Virus record (IMG/VR): IMGVR_UViG_3300035208_002804
Location: 72,275-136,274 of that record
Source of the DNA: a virus
Lineage: Duplodnaviria; Caudoviricetes
Length of the DNA stretch: 64,000 bases
Reading direction: 5' to 3' (one strand)
Position 1 is the stretch's first letter, and every line of letters begins with the position of its first letter. Below the pieces are notes generated by a model. That model worked only from the letters and a program-made list of their open reading frames with translations, ran no database searches and had not been told where the DNA came from. Made by a program: the position numbers and the translations under genes. Positions 1 through 12,000 of the stretch are shown piece by piece.

Positions 1-303
1 CACAGCACTTACATTTCCATAATAGATAGAAACAGTTGTTGTATCAATAGTTGGAAATTTCACCCAAACGACCGCTGAAACACCAGATGTATAACTTTCA
101 ATCCAATATGGTAATGAAGTTACTCCATCTACAGAAAAGCGAATATCACTAAAATCATCATTACAATGATTGTTACAATATATAGTAGCATCAACAGATG
201 TTCCACTGGTTTTATAAACAGCGAATTTAACTTGATAATTTGTAATTGTAGTAGCAGAAGTAATATTGTGTGTTTGTTTATATAACCAACTGGTAAACGC
301 CAT
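1..303 (-). CDS. DUF2341-domain adhesin/tail fibre protein (5' part; runs off the window)
   Basis: Manual translation MAFTSWLYKQ...DFSDIRFSVDG..LPYWIE...VWVKFP..IYYGN matches the DUF2341 motif pattern; late-type promoter at 320-334. Confidence 0.75.
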   Translation of the reverse strand, partial: MAFTSWLYKQTHNITSATTITNYQVKFAVYKTSGTSVDATIYCNNHCNDDFSDIRFSVDGVTSLPYWIESYTSGVSAVVWVKFPTIDTTTVSIYYGNVSAV

Positions 304-361
304 ACAAAATAATTATATATTTACAGTATAAAAAGAGGAAGTGTTATAATGAATGGTTTTA

Positions 362-1141
362 TTATACAGTGAACGTAAATTGTGTGTTTCCCCATCCATT
401 GTTGTATGTATTAAGTGTTAAATCACCAGTTTCTACATCAGTATCATCACATATATATTTGAGAGACACGTTTGTTATATTTAATGAAACTGATAGATAA
501 CTATTGTATGGATAATAATATGTATTTGCATATACAACCACACGAATACTATATGTTGATGGATCACCTGATAAAGTTCCGAATTCTGGTATCGTGCAAT
601 TTGTTATTGATCCAGTAACATTTATTTTACCAGTTTTATCTGGATCTTCTGTTCCCACAGTCCAGGTGTCGCCAAATGTAGATAATGATATTATTAAATT
701 GCTTGCATAAGGATCTGCTGGATCGTATTCAACAGTTATCTCATAGGATAAAGATATTTTAATAGCATTTTGATAATCATCCGGACCATAAACAACCGGT
801 ATTATAGTATCTGCTGAACTTCCTTTTGTTATACTATTTGAGTTACTATCTGATGTGTCAACATATCTATTTATTACAATATTTTCATCGTTATCAACAG
901 TTTTTCTATCATATGTTAATTGTTTTGTTACTGTATCGATTGCAGTAATAGTAATATACCAACTGGACAAATCAAGCCACCCTGTACAATAAAGTGTTGT
1001 TCCTATCATTCCCCCATTTACTAAATTTCGTATTTCAGCATCAGATAAAGTTGTTTGTATTTTGTCTACATCTATAATTGTTGCAATTAATGGATCTGTA
1101 CAATTTTTTAGGTAATCAAACGGGTATGTTGTTGTTATCAT
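362..1141 (-). CDS. Putative tail tip/fibre-associated structural protein
   Basis: T/S/Y-rich beta-strand-like ORF in the tail module. Confidence 0.5.
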   Translation of the reverse strand: MITTTYPFDYLKNCTDPLIATIIDVDKIQTTLSDAEIRNLVNGGMIGTTLYCTGWLDLSSWYITITAIDTVTKQLTYDRKTVDNDENIVINRYVDTSDSNSNSITKGSSADTIIPVVYGPDDYQNAIKISLSYEITVEYDPADPYASNLIISLSTFGDTWTVGTEDPDKTGKINVTGSITNCTIPEFGTLSGDPSTYSIRVVVYANTYYYPYNSYLSVSLNITNVSLKYICDDTDVETGDLTLNTYNNGWGNTQFTFTV

Positions 1142-1162
1142 TATAATCTTTCCTTACAATTA

Positions 1163-2386
1163 CTAAAATGGAAATTCCCATGACGGTATTGCCCATACCG
1201 TATATCCATCCGTTTTAAAATATTCGTTAGATGCGTTATCAAACGCTCTGGCATATAAATTTCCATCGGGCCCTTCTTTAAATTGCATTATTTCTCGTCC
1301 ATAATTACTCATCGGAATAAACTTATAGGTTGGAATTATAATACCATTGTATTGAGACATAGCGTATGATGTTATATCTATTGTATTGCAATTTAGTGTA
1401 TATTCTATTCCAATATTTGGAGATTGAAAAGATCTACCAACAATATAAGATTCTATTAAATTATCTATTCCATCATCATCTATATAATGAGTTTCAAGAT
1501 TAACCGATTCACCAAATACAATATCTCCATTTGGATCAACGATTAAAAATCCAGTTATCGTATCTCCATGTATTTCATTGTTAGGAAATCCACTCCCATT
1601 TACGACGACCGTATATGCTTTGTATTTACCCCACGTTATCATCGACTGCATATAACTATTTATGGGAATATTGGTTAACCCAAATAGGAGTGAGTTGTTG
1701 TTATATTTATTATATCCATAATTAAGTGAAGTTACCGAAGTAGTAAAATAACTAAACGAATTCGGGGATCCTGGCAGTGGATTATATGGAATAAGCATAC
1801 CGTTTCCATATATCCCATGTATATTAATATAAAGTGAACTATCTGTAGTATTTATTGCATAAAATCTGTCTAATACATCACAGTTTAAACATCCACACGA
1901 TTCGCATTTTTTACAACATCCAAGTTCAGTAGTTATAGAACCCCCTTTATTTTCTATGAACTTAAACGTGATTTCTGAAGCAGGATGAGGTAAAATTCCG
2001 CTTGTACAACTATTTATAAACACCCAATCTGGTTCTATTTCAGATCCTTGATTAAACCATAATGATATTGGTAGTGTTGAACTTGCAACTTCTCCATAAC
2101 TATCAATAAAAATATAATTTTTACCACTGGCGCATTTTCTCACTTCAAAAACCGCATATGGTAATGTTGCACCTGATGCAATAAATAATAATGATAAATA
2201 TCCATTATATTTATATCCACATTGTTTATAATGAACCGAATCGCCATAAACAACAGTTCCGGTATATATAGATGGACTTAAAGAAGAACTTCCAAGACAA
2301 ACGGCAAATCTTTTAAGCCATATATTACAATTTGAAGATAAGAATCCATAAATTCGTTGTTCGGTTCCTGTTACAATAGATGTCAT
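1163..2386 (-). CDS. Putative tail-associated protein with central Cys cluster
   Basis: 407 aa ORF in tail module; CCKKCESCGCLNC cluster. Confidence 0.45.
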   Translation of the reverse strand: MTSIVTGTEQRIYGFLSSNCNIWLKRFAVCLGSSSLSPSIYTGTVVYGDSVHYKQCGYKYNGYLSLLFIASGATLPYAVFEVRKCASGKNYIFIDSYGEVASSTLPISLWFNQGSEIEPDWVFINSCTSGILPHPASEITFKFIENKGGSITTELGCCKKCESCGCLNCDVLDRFYAINTTDSSLYINIHGIYGNGMLIPYNPLPGSPNSFSYFTTSVTSLNYGYNKYNNNSLLFGLTNIPINSYMQSMITWGKYKAYTVVVNGSGFPNNEIHGDTITGFLIVDPNGDIVFGESVNLETHYIDDDGIDNLIESYIVGRSFQSPNIGIEYTLNCNTIDITSYAMSQYNGIIIPTYKFIPMSNYGREIMQFKEGPDGNLYARAFDNASNEYFKTDGYTVWAIPSWEFPF

Positions 2387-2463
2387 TTGTTATAAAATAG
2401 GTTAGTAAAGTATTTAATTGTGGTGTTATAAAGATGTTTGTTTTTATATCAATATTAGATGAT

Positions 2464-3567
2464 TTAAGGGGTTCCAATTGTAATCCAAGTTACTATTTCA
2501 TTAATATACATTTGAATTGCTGGAATTGCGGTGTTATAATATGTATCTCCCGTGGCAAATTCGGTTGGATATGTTGAAAATTCTCCTAAATACCTACTAT
2601 ATGTTCCTGTATGTAGATGCCCCACTGCCGAAAAATCACTTGGTTTTGTTCCACTGTCTACAAGTTTTAAGCCATCTGTACTTCCAAATGTTACAATGTT
2701 TCCTGATACTGTTGTTGGCGAAACTGTTGGGAATACACTGTTTAGATAGGACAGGGTTGGAAATGAACTTGCATAATACCCACCAAGAGTATCAGCATCT
2801 AATCCAGATCCAGTTCCATCGTTGTATTGGGTCCAGACTTTTTGACCATCTATGAATAGATCGGTTCCATCAGTTGATAGTGTAATGCTGGTTGGTTCAG
2901 TTGGAAATCCACCTAATGTAATAGTAGAAAATACATAGAGATTGGTTGTTTCATGTAGTGTTGTAGTTAGATCGGTAATTGGACCTATTATAGTTGGATA
3001 ACCCCAAGTTCCATCATCGAGTAAACTTTTTCCAAGTGGTGTTGTTGCAAATGGTAATACATTATAGAGTTGATATTTTACATAATCGAAATCGGTTCCA
3101 TTGTATTCAAGCGAATATCCAGTTGGAAAATCATCAAAATTGAACCACACCCACGGGATTAAATTTGATTGAGTTACACCATCAGATATTTTTATTCGTC
3201 CGGTTGGATCATCACTAATATCATCGGTTTCTATTAATAGACAAAATGTTGGAAACACATCATCAACCGTTGACCAATTTGTTTCGCTATCGATCTTTCC
3301 TTGTAATGTGTATCTAAATGTTCCATACAAATCTTCGTAACGAACCAATTGATTGTTTACTGGAGTCCCACTTTGAACCGGTATATTTCCTATTGTTGTT
3401 CCACCAACATATGTAAGAGAACTCCAGTGTGTAATACCATCTCCAATCTTTTGTCTTCCATCACCATCATCAATATTAACAGCAATTACACCCTTAAATA
3501 TAATAGGATCAAATCTGGTGAAATTTGCAAGATAATCCGGATAGATATTTTGTGAAGTTCTAAACAT
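2464..3567 (-). CDS. Tail fibre protein (two Mtd_N/hyaluronidase-N-like repeats)
   Basis: KIGDGITHWSSLTY and KISDGVTQSNLIPW repeats; VW..NDGTGSGLDADTL fibre motif. Confidence 0.7.
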   Translation of the reverse strand: MFRTSQNIYPDYLANFTRFDPIIFKGVIAVNIDDGDGRQKIGDGITHWSSLTYVGGTTIGNIPVQSGTPVNNQLVRYEDLYGTFRYTLQGKIDSETNWSTVDDVFPTFCLLIETDDISDDPTGRIKISDGVTQSNLIPWVWFNFDDFPTGYSLEYNGTDFDYVKYQLYNVLPFATTPLGKSLLDDGTWGYPTIIGPITDLTTTLHETTNLYVFSTITLGGFPTEPTSITLSTDGTDLFIDGQKVWTQYNDGTGSGLDADTLGGYYASSFPTLSYLNSVFPTVSPTTVSGNIVTFGSTDGLKLVDSGTKPSDFSAVGHLHTGTYSRYLGEFSTYPTEFATGDTYYNTAIPAIQMYINEIVTWITIGTP

Positions 3568-3599
3568 ATTTTATCACCAAATAATTTATATCAAAAAAT

Positions 3600-3893
3600 C
3601 TATACTGTTGAAATTTTACCGTCATATCCAAGCGTTGTTGAAGCACCCGAAATATTTTTAACCTTGAAATAAATTGCATTTGTTGGATTAATTGGTTGTG
3701 CAAACTGTAAGGTGTCAGTTATTGTAAATAGTAAAATATCAGTCGTTCCATCAGTTCTATATATTTCACATTCAACACCAGCAGGAATGTAGATATTTTG
3801 AATACCCCATTCAGCAGTTCCAGATGGTTGTATTGTTAGATAACCATCATCAACAACAGTAGAATGAACAGAAACAACCCCGCCTAACGCCAT
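3600..3893 (-). CDS. Small virion structural protein
   Basis: 97 aa beta-rich ORF with GGGAG RBS, in tail module. Confidence 0.5.
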   Translation of the reverse strand: MALGGVVSVHSTVVDDGYLTIQPSGTAEWGIQNIYIPAGVECEIYRTDGTTDILLFTITDTLQFAQPINPTNAIYFKVKNISGASTTLGYDGKISTV

Positions 3894-3994
3894 TAATAAT
3901 TCTCCCGATCAACTTGTCCAATATGGAAATAGAATTTACAATTCGACATTAACTTTGCCCCCAACCATTCAATGTGTTACGATCCTTCATATTT

Positions 3995-4549
3995 TCATAC
4001 TCCTCTATTATTGATTATTTTCCAGATGCCACCGAAGTTTTCACCACTTGTAATATCCCAATCATAGAATGTCTGGCGTGCTCCCATATCAGTAGTTCCA
4101 GCAAGAGAAACATGAAGTCCTGCTTCTTTAAGAGTATAATTACCGTCAGCAGTAAAAACAGCAGTATAGGTAACAGTGTCGTTTGTTGTATAAGTAGTTG
4201 TTAATGCATTGGTTGTTGCTACTCTTGCCATAACAGGAGATATCAAGTTGGTATATGTGTAAGTTGTTCCGTTGGTTCCATCGATTCCAACTGAACAGTA
4301 TAGATATTTTGTTGAAAGGTAAGTTGATAGATCTGCTAATGCATAATTAGTAAGAGCATCACCAGCATAATTTCTAACACCAAGTCTACACAGTAATTTC
4401 TGTAATATATTTGGATTATTTACCGTTTCAACTTCTGGTTTGTTATTCCACCAATCACTATTAATATCATCAATTCGATGTAATTCAAATTTATCGGTTA
4501 ATGACGAAACTTCAGGAATAATATTGGCGGTGAATTGTTTCATCTGCAT
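3995..4549 (-). CDS. Tail fibre-attachment/collar-like protein
   Basis: LKEAGL...M.ARQTF motif typical of tail-collar proteins; own TATA promoter. Confidence 0.5.
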   Translation of the reverse strand: MQMKQFTANIIPEVSSLTDKFELHRIDDINSDWWNNKPEVETVNNPNILQKLLCRLGVRNYAGDALTNYALADLSTYLSTKYLYCSVGIDGTNGTTYTYTNLISPVMARVATTNALTTTYTTNDTVTYTAVFTADGNYTLKEAGLHVSLAGTTDMGARQTFYDWDITSGENFGGIWKIINNRGV

Positions 4550-4667
4550 TACAACTAACTATAATTTTAACGCTATATAAAAAGAAAGTTATAAGAGTAA
4601 AGATTGGGAAAAGTAGATTATAGTTATCACAATTCTATTTTTAATATCACAATAAACTTATCACCCT

Positions 4668-6650
4668 CTACTCTTCTACCAAATCTGCTGCTTCAATTAC
4701 AAATGCATCTTGAAATACAGCATATTCATAGTAAAATCTCACTCTATACTTATACTTCGTGGGGGATACTATGCCGAATTTGTTTGGGGTTGTATTGCTA
4801 TAGATAAAAATGTCACTTGATCTTACACCATCGTTTGGAGCATGTGATAATGAATCTGAAAATTCAAGTGATTTACCATGCTCTATTGGAAAATAAACAC
4901 CATAATCGTTAATTGTAAAGTTAACAAAATAAAGCGGTTCTCCTAATATCGATTGTAATATTGGTGCTTCTTTGTAAGTTGTGTATAATCTTTCACGAAA
5001 TACCGGGTCTATTTCTTCTCGTGGTATATCTATTGATGTTGCAAATGCATATTCACAATTAAAGAATCGTAATTTGTCTATATGTGTAGTTAAATCGGTT
5101 GCAAGTATTTCTTCATCGATTGTTGTGTTTGGAGTAGTTGTTATCTCAAATATCGTATCAGTTGAATCCGGTGATGCTCCATAAGTATACGTGGTCGAAT
5201 CGTCTGATAATTGTTTACATCTTACGTTAATTGTTCTATAGTTATCGTTTGATGCCAGTAATTGTGGAGTCAGAACTTTACAATAATCATTATCATCGGC
5301 GTTTCCTTTGTATGCAAGTCGTTCGAAATCATTTTGTGTAATTCCTCGTGTAGGAGCATCCATAACATCAATATAACTTTTGTATAATACAGCAGGATGA
5401 TCTGTTCCAATCGAAGATGTGATTGGTTCAAGAGTTAAACATGTTGGAATGTATACATCGTTAACACTATCCCATTTTGCATAATAACCAAATACTCGAA
5501 TTACTTCTGCAAGTTTAAACCCATCGATTACACCGAATAATGGATAATTCAATCCGGTTACTCTATTATCTTCGCTTCCTGCTGGCAACGTATATAAGTA
5601 ATTTAGTTCTTTTGATTTTGCACCCTCACTGCGAGTATTCATCAGTAATCCGTTTTCATCATAATAAAATTTAAATGTTATTTTGATGTTTCCTATAGTA
5701 ACAGCAGTTGCCAAATTATTTGTTATCTGGAAGTAAAATTGTGGAGTTGATAAACAAGCGCGTTCAATTACTGTTTGACCAGAAGTATCTATGTTATAAT
5801 TAAGAACGTCTTTTAATTCAATAGGAGGCATTCCACTAAACTTACCAATGGTAAATTCTTCATTATGGGTAACTCCAGGTGATGTTGTTGGAATGAGTGT
5901 TTCAGAATTACTAGAAGTAATCAAATTGGTCATTACTTTACTTGTGTATGTTAATGTTCCTTCATACCAATCTGGATAAGATGGAAATTGCATCTGCATT
6001 CCACATTTTACATCAAATGCATTATTTTCATCGGTAGTTTCTTTGAGTGCAATCGAAACAACAACACTACCATAACTATAAAATGCAGGAATATACTTCA
6101 AATTTTCAATCTTTTTATCAGCAGTTACTATCCAATCATCTGATGGATGTGCTTCAAATTCAGCAGCGTCTACATACACATCAATAGCAGTTTCAGCGGG
6201 TATTGGTATTCCATCTACACCAGCATCTCCACCTGCAAAATTAATTGATGCATCCCATGAAGATGTTTTTGATTCTTTTGTATAATTTAGAGATTCTGAT
6301 AGTTTGGTAATTTCAGCAGTTATTCTTACATCACCATTACATTCGGGTGGTAAATATAGTGGTTTATCTGCAAAGGCATTTCCATTTTTAATATCAGTTA
6401 AATCATCAGGACTATGTATAACAACTGATTTGATAGTTCCATATTCATCCTGTAATCCATCTTTATAACCAATTAAAATTGAATATGTTCCAGCAGAAGC
6501 ATAAGTATGAGTGATAGATTTTCCAGTAGCAGTTGTTCCGTCTCCAAAATTCCAGACAACCAAATAAATATCACCAGTTCCAACCTTTGCTACTGTTCCT
6601 GTGATTGTAAACTTTGTTACTTTAATATTTACTGAAACCGGACACGACAT
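4668..6650 (-). CDS. PKD-domain tail tip protein
   Basis: WNFGDGTTATGKSITHTYASAGTY is the PKD signature; position after hub gene. Confidence 0.7.
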   Translation of the reverse strand: MSCPVSVNIKVTKFTITGTVAKVGTGDIYLVVWNFGDGTTATGKSITHTYASAGTYSILIGYKDGLQDEYGTIKSVVIHSPDDLTDIKNGNAFADKPLYLPPECNGDVRITAEITKLSESLNYTKESKTSSWDASINFAGGDAGVDGIPIPAETAIDVYVDAAEFEAHPSDDWIVTADKKIENLKYIPAFYSYGSVVVSIALKETTDENNAFDVKCGMQMQFPSYPDWYEGTLTYTSKVMTNLITSSNSETLIPTTSPGVTHNEEFTIGKFSGMPPIELKDVLNYNIDTSGQTVIERACLSTPQFYFQITNNLATAVTIGNIKITFKFYYDENGLLMNTRSEGAKSKELNYLYTLPAGSEDNRVTGLNYPLFGVIDGFKLAEVIRVFGYYAKWDSVNDVYIPTCLTLEPITSSIGTDHPAVLYKSYIDVMDAPTRGITQNDFERLAYKGNADDNDYCKVLTPQLLASNDNYRTINVRCKQLSDDSTTYTYGASPDSTDTIFEITTTPNTTIDEEILATDLTTHIDKLRFFNCEYAFATSIDIPREEIDPVFRERLYTTYKEAPILQSILGEPLYFVNFTINDYGVYFPIEHGKSLEFSDSLSHAPNDGVRSSDIFIYSNTTPNKFGIVSPTKYKYRVRFYYEYAVFQDAFVIEAADLVEE

Positions 6651-6702
6651 AATTATACTTCTCCTATTTTATTATAAATACGGTGTATTTTACTCAAAAC
6701 AA

Positions 6703-8433
6703 TTACACCGTTCCTTCCGTTACTGCATTGCCTGCTACATAGGTTCCTGTTTTTTCAGTGATTGTTTCAGTTGTAAATGGAACACCATCCATTGCAGGAG
6801 ATAACGATGTTCTATAAATATCGAAAATGCTGTAATAACTTGGGCCAACAACTATTGTAGTTCCTGATTCACTAATAACAACATCGGTTATTTTCCATAC
6901 TGTGTCTTTTGGATCTGTAAGTGGATCTGCATCCGGGCCTTCCAAATATGTCATTTTATATTCAACGGTTTGATCTCCAAGTCCACTAAAATAATCACAT
7001 TCTTTAAATCGCGTGGTTCCTGGTGGAAATTTAACCTTAAATATATCAGTTATCACACGAGCATCCCAATAAATCCGTTCAGCAAAGGCTTCTAATGTTC
7101 CATTATAATTATTTGACGATAATCTGAAGTTCATAATGGTAACTTTACCTGGATCGAATGAAGCATTAAATGGATAAAATGCCCTGTCATTCCCATCTGA
7201 ATTCCACACACATACAATATCCGGGGCATATGAAAGGGCACCATCGTCAGACAATTTTTCAGTTGACAAAATAAATTCAGTTAATGGATTAATAGTTATC
7301 AAATCTCTTATAAATCCATATTCAAGGGCACCTGTTTTTCGATGATACCATGTACTAAATCCACAGGTATTTTCAAGAAAGGTATCAAGTGCTTTTCCAA
7401 TGACCATTCCAGATATAACCATTGCTGGTAATTTTTCTTCTCTACCCGGTATAGTTTCTTTAGTATCCAAATCACCTGCTCTACATGTTCCATTTCCCGG
7501 ACTATATGTCAACCGTGGATGAGATTTATAAAAACTTAAAATTGCTTTTACAAAATCTTTAACTTTTAACTGCCCGTGTCCGTCTAATGGATTATGAATT
7601 ACCATTCGTGATTTAAAAATACCGCCAGTAGTTTTGATAATTGGCATCTCATACATACAGTAACCAATTTCTTTACATTCGTATGTATATGTCCCATTCT
7701 GATTATTAATTACATTTTTAATATAACCATTAAAGAAATAATCATAAGAAGAATCACCAGCAAGACAAATTTTCACTTGATCGTCTTTGTGGAATTCATA
7801 TTTTACTGTTGAAAATTTAGCACTGTTGATATCATTCGATGTCTCATGCACCATCGTATTAAAAATCGGATAAGATACATCATTTATTAAACAAATAAAA
7901 GATACGTTGTCTCTAATTGTAAATGCAGTGTCTTCTTTATAGATTTGAGTTTCATATGGTTTAGTAAATACATAACTCAATTCCATCGTAAACTGATAAG
8001 AACCAAGTTCCTTTGCATTTCTATCCCACATAAATGATTTTATTGTCCATATGCCAGCAAGTTCCGGGAAATCAATTAATCCATCATTTACTTGAAGTGC
8101 AATCCTTACTGTGTTTTCTGTGTCAGTATTTGTTGTATTTAGTATATTTTCATCTGATACTTCAGAACCGATTTTAGTTCCATTTACACAGTCAATGATC
8201 ATATGAGATTGAAATTTACCAATAATTTTACAGATACATGATTTTAGACCCATTGGAATGATAAACGGCTCGCATGATTTTTCAACCTTTTCATAATCAC
8301 TCAATGTTGTTATGGTGATATCAATTAATGAACATGGTTGCAATACATGAGTTGGAACCCAATTTGACGTTCCATCGTTTCGTTTCTCTTCTTCTAACCG
8401 CTTAAATTGAACATATCCATTTTCTATTGTCAT
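6703..8433 (-). CDS. Baseplate hub/tail tip protein
   Basis: Synteny downstream of tape measure; FNGYI..V......YECKE hub-like pattern; GGTGA RBS. Confidence 0.55.
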   Translation of the reverse strand: MTIENGYVQFKRLEEEKRNDGTSNWVPTHVLQPCSLIDITITTLSDYEKVEKSCEPFIIPMGLKSCICKIIGKFQSHMIIDCVNGTKIGSEVSDENILNTTNTDTENTVRIALQVNDGLIDFPELAGIWTIKSFMWDRNAKELGSYQFTMELSYVFTKPYETQIYKEDTAFTIRDNVSFICLINDVSYPIFNTMVHETSNDINSAKFSTVKYEFHKDDQVKICLAGDSSYDYFFNGYIKNVINNQNGTYTYECKEIGYCMYEMPIIKTTGGIFKSRMVIHNPLDGHGQLKVKDFVKAILSFYKSHPRLTYSPGNGTCRAGDLDTKETIPGREEKLPAMVISGMVIGKALDTFLENTCGFSTWYHRKTGALEYGFIRDLITINPLTEFILSTEKLSDDGALSYAPDIVCVWNSDGNDRAFYPFNASFDPGKVTIMNFRLSSNNYNGTLEAFAERIYWDARVITDIFKVKFPPGTTRFKECDYFSGLGDQTVEYKMTYLEGPDADPLTDPKDTVWKITDVVISESGTTIVVGPSYYSIFDIYRTSLSPAMDGVPFTTETITEKTGTYVAGNAVTEGTV

Positions 8434-8448
8434 GTTATATCACCATAT

Positions 8449-8910
8449 TTAAGCAGTTGGTAATGCTCCATACCACCGTTTCAAAGTCAATAATCCAATA
8501 TAAAGTCGTCGTTGAACATTTCTTCGTAATACAAACGATTCTACAAACCAATGTGAACTAATTGGAAACTCTTTAAAATTAACATTTGCATTAACTGTTA
8601 GAATTGAAGACGCCATGAAAATATTTTTTGGATGTGGAACTACTCTATATGGAGTTGTATCAGTTACATATGCATTTATATCGGGTATTGGTATTTCAAG
8701 CGAAACACTATCAAGTAATCTTCCATATGTGGTGTTAATTGGTGCTGATGATTGCACTGATATACTTTCAGATGATACTTCTCTCCTATCTTGGACAGTA
8801 AAAATCTTCAATGTATGAGTATATCCAGTATCGGGAGCATATCGTTTATTTCCAACTTCGGGTTCCCCCATCGTGTAATATAAAAATGTTTCAGCAAGCA
8901 CCAACGACAT
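8449..8910 (-). CDS. Distal tail (Dit)-like protein
   Basis: 153 aa gene immediately after tape measure. Confidence 0.45.
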   Translation of the reverse strand: MSLVLAETFLYYTMGEPEVGNKRYAPDTGYTHTLKIFTVQDRREVSSESISVQSSAPINTTYGRLLDSVSLEIPIPDINAYVTDTTPYRVVPHPKNIFMASSILTVNANVNFKEFPISSHWFVESFVLRRNVQRRLYIGLLTLKRWYGALPTA

Positions 8911-9024
8911 GTTGAATATATCAAGAGGTTTACAATATATAAAGAAAAGGTTAGGAAAGAAGAGAAAATGAGAGAAAAATAATGAACTGTAGTAAAAAGA
9001 AATTGTAAGTTTTCCTCATTCCCA

Positions 9025-12000
9025 TTACAATCTGCTGGTTGTTGGTTGTGTTGTTGGTAATATACTTCTTACAATCTGTTCAATCATAGCAACTAAATCT
9101 GTTTTTACTTTTGATGCAATAACATTCGAATCATCACCTTGCACATTCACCGAAATTTCTACTTTCTGTGGCTGTGTAGTTGATTGACTGATAATTTGTT
9201 CTTGTTTTAATGTTTCTGCCGTTTTAACTAGTTGAATACTTGTAAATTCATTTTCATTTGTTTTAGAAACAAAACTATAATTTCCAGAATTATTTTCTGG
9301 ATTTACATTATATGTTTCACTTCCAGTCATTAATTTATTGTAAAATGCTGGTAATCCTTCGTTTGATACAGCATCTAATTCTCCATTAACGATTGAAAAT
9401 CCTTTTGCTGTTGTTATCATTCCATCGTTTAATGATTGTAATGTTGCTGGTTGAGTTATATCATCTTCATTTACTCCGGTTGAAATTTTTGCTGTTGTTT
9501 CTGGAAGTAACATGTTTGCAAGAGCAGGTCCAATTACTGGAACAATACCAGTCATAGCAAGACTCAATAATGCTGCTGGATCTTGTGTTACTTCTTCTGC
9601 TAATTTTCCACCCATAACACCAAGAGATTCACCAGTTCCAATTAAACCGGTTCCAGCACCAAATATACTTCCAACATCAAGATTCGCAAGCGATCCAATT
9701 AAATCATAAATACTACTGTTTAAATCTGCAATTCCACCACTAACTTCTAAATTTCCAAGCGGAGTTGGTAATGAAACATTTGTTCCACGAATCATGTCTG
9801 AAACTGCTGTATTACCACCCTTCAGTTTATTCCAGAACCCGTTATACTGATCGGACATACCAAGTCCTTTGACTGCTTGCTGTGCAACAAAACCCGGCAT
9901 AACACTGAAATCCATTAACCCTTTATTCTGGTTTAATGTGTCTCTCATCTGTTCTTCGTTTAATCCAAATCTTTTGCCCCAGACTCCCATTCCACGACCA
10001 TAACCAGACTGAATTAAATTACTAGTGAATATACCAGATGCGTTGTTATATTTTCCCTTTCCTGTTCCTTGGGTAATCTCATCAAGAGGAACGCCATTCA
10101 TGAAATTTTCATTAGCAATACCACCTTCTGCTAAACCAGAAAGGACAACTGCTTCTGGTGCCCCTGCAAGTTTCATTAAATCGAGTGTTGTGGCACCAAC
10201 ACCACCAACTGCTTTACCTGCCCAAGATGCTGCTGTATTTCGTGCTGGTCCACTTCCAACAACTCTTGAAATCATTGCTGGTAGCACTCTACTACCTTGC
10301 TCCATAACCCGCTCTCCTCCGCCAGTGAGAGCATTCATTGCAATTTGATTATTTAATTCAAGTGCTGCGGAATATGGATCTCTATTTTGATTTACATTAG
10401 TTCCAACTGATAAAAGATCAACAACATCAAGAACCCCAATCTCTTTTCCAGTTAACTGATCTTTCCCTTTTACTGGTGATGTAGCACTAAACTTACCTTT
10501 ATTGAACAACCGATCTACTATAGAAGGAGATTGTTTGCTTGGCATTTCAGGATATTCGTATTTACCGTTGACGAATTTGTCCCAAAATCCAGCATTACGA
10601 ACTCCTGTTGGACCATAATCTTTTACATCACCAGGTGCTCTATAATATGCATGTTGTGCAAGTGAATCAGAATTTAAAATCCCACCAAGCGATCTTCCAC
10701 CATATGCACTTGCAAGATTGCCACCCACTGTTGTTGCTGCTCCCTTAACTGCACCAGCACCTTTTTGGAGCATTTCAACAACTTTACCATTGTCAAGCGT
10801 TAACAATGCAAGTCCAAGATCTTTGATTACGTTTCCTGCTGTTTCAGCACCGTTCATTAATGCTTTTAATGATTCCATTGCACTATGAGCAATACTATCA
10901 ATTGCTGCACCTACAGTTTGTTTAAATGATTCAAATGCAGTCTGAAGTAGATTTGCCACCGCACCAGTATATGACGATGGTAATGTTGACGGGTTTGGGT
11001 TAGCATTTGGATTTGGATTTTCATTAACTTGTGGATTTGGATTTACATTTTCGTCAGGGCGCCAGAAAGATTCTTCATTTAAATTATCTTCTGGTGATGG
11101 CGAAGGGTTTGGATTTACACCCATTCCATTACCGGTCATTCCGTTTGGATTACCAAGGAACCCATAAATCCAGCGCTGGGGAAGTCCCATGTCAAATGGC
11201 ATACCTCCTTTTTCATCGTTACCGTTTTGCCAGCCGTCTTTCCAGTTTCGAATGTAAACGCCGATTCCATCAGATTCAGCAGCAGCAACTAAAACTTTAG
11301 CAGATGATTTACTTGCAGTTGCATTCTCATCAGTTTTGTTGTAGATTTTAAATCCAAATGTATCAGTATCAGATTTGTTAATTGCATAACCGGAAACAGA
11401 CATTCCACTACTGTTTTGTAATAGTCCTATTGAACCGCCGGTTGCAAATTTGTTTAATTGATCAAGGGTGTTTTTACCAAGTTTACTTGCAGATCTCTTG
11501 TTGATGACATATTCTCCTTCTTCTACACGAACGGTTTTGTCATCAATTGCCGCTGTATTTGGACCACCAATTGCACCACCTTCAGCAAACATTTTTTCCT
11601 GTGTTATTGGATTAACACCAGAAAGAACTGCTCCAGCAGATGAAATTGGTTTTAACCACCAAGGCGCTTCCTGCCCACTTATCCATTGATACGCCTGGCC
11701 AACTGCTTCGAGTGCGATAACTGCTAATCCTGCTTTTAATGCAATACCATTCATTCCAAGATTCAGAGCATCGACTGCCATATTAACTTGTTTTAATGCT
11801 TTTACTGCACCGGCTGCTTGTCCAAACCCACTCAAGAACAATGATACTCCAGATGTTAATGGTTGTAATAATAAGGTTATACCATACATTTGAGCAGCAA
11901 TCTTAATTAAACCAGGATGATCACCAACAAGAGTTAGACCGGATGTCACCCATTTTAGAGCGTCAACTACTTCGGGTAATGCTTTTGCACCAGCAGTCAA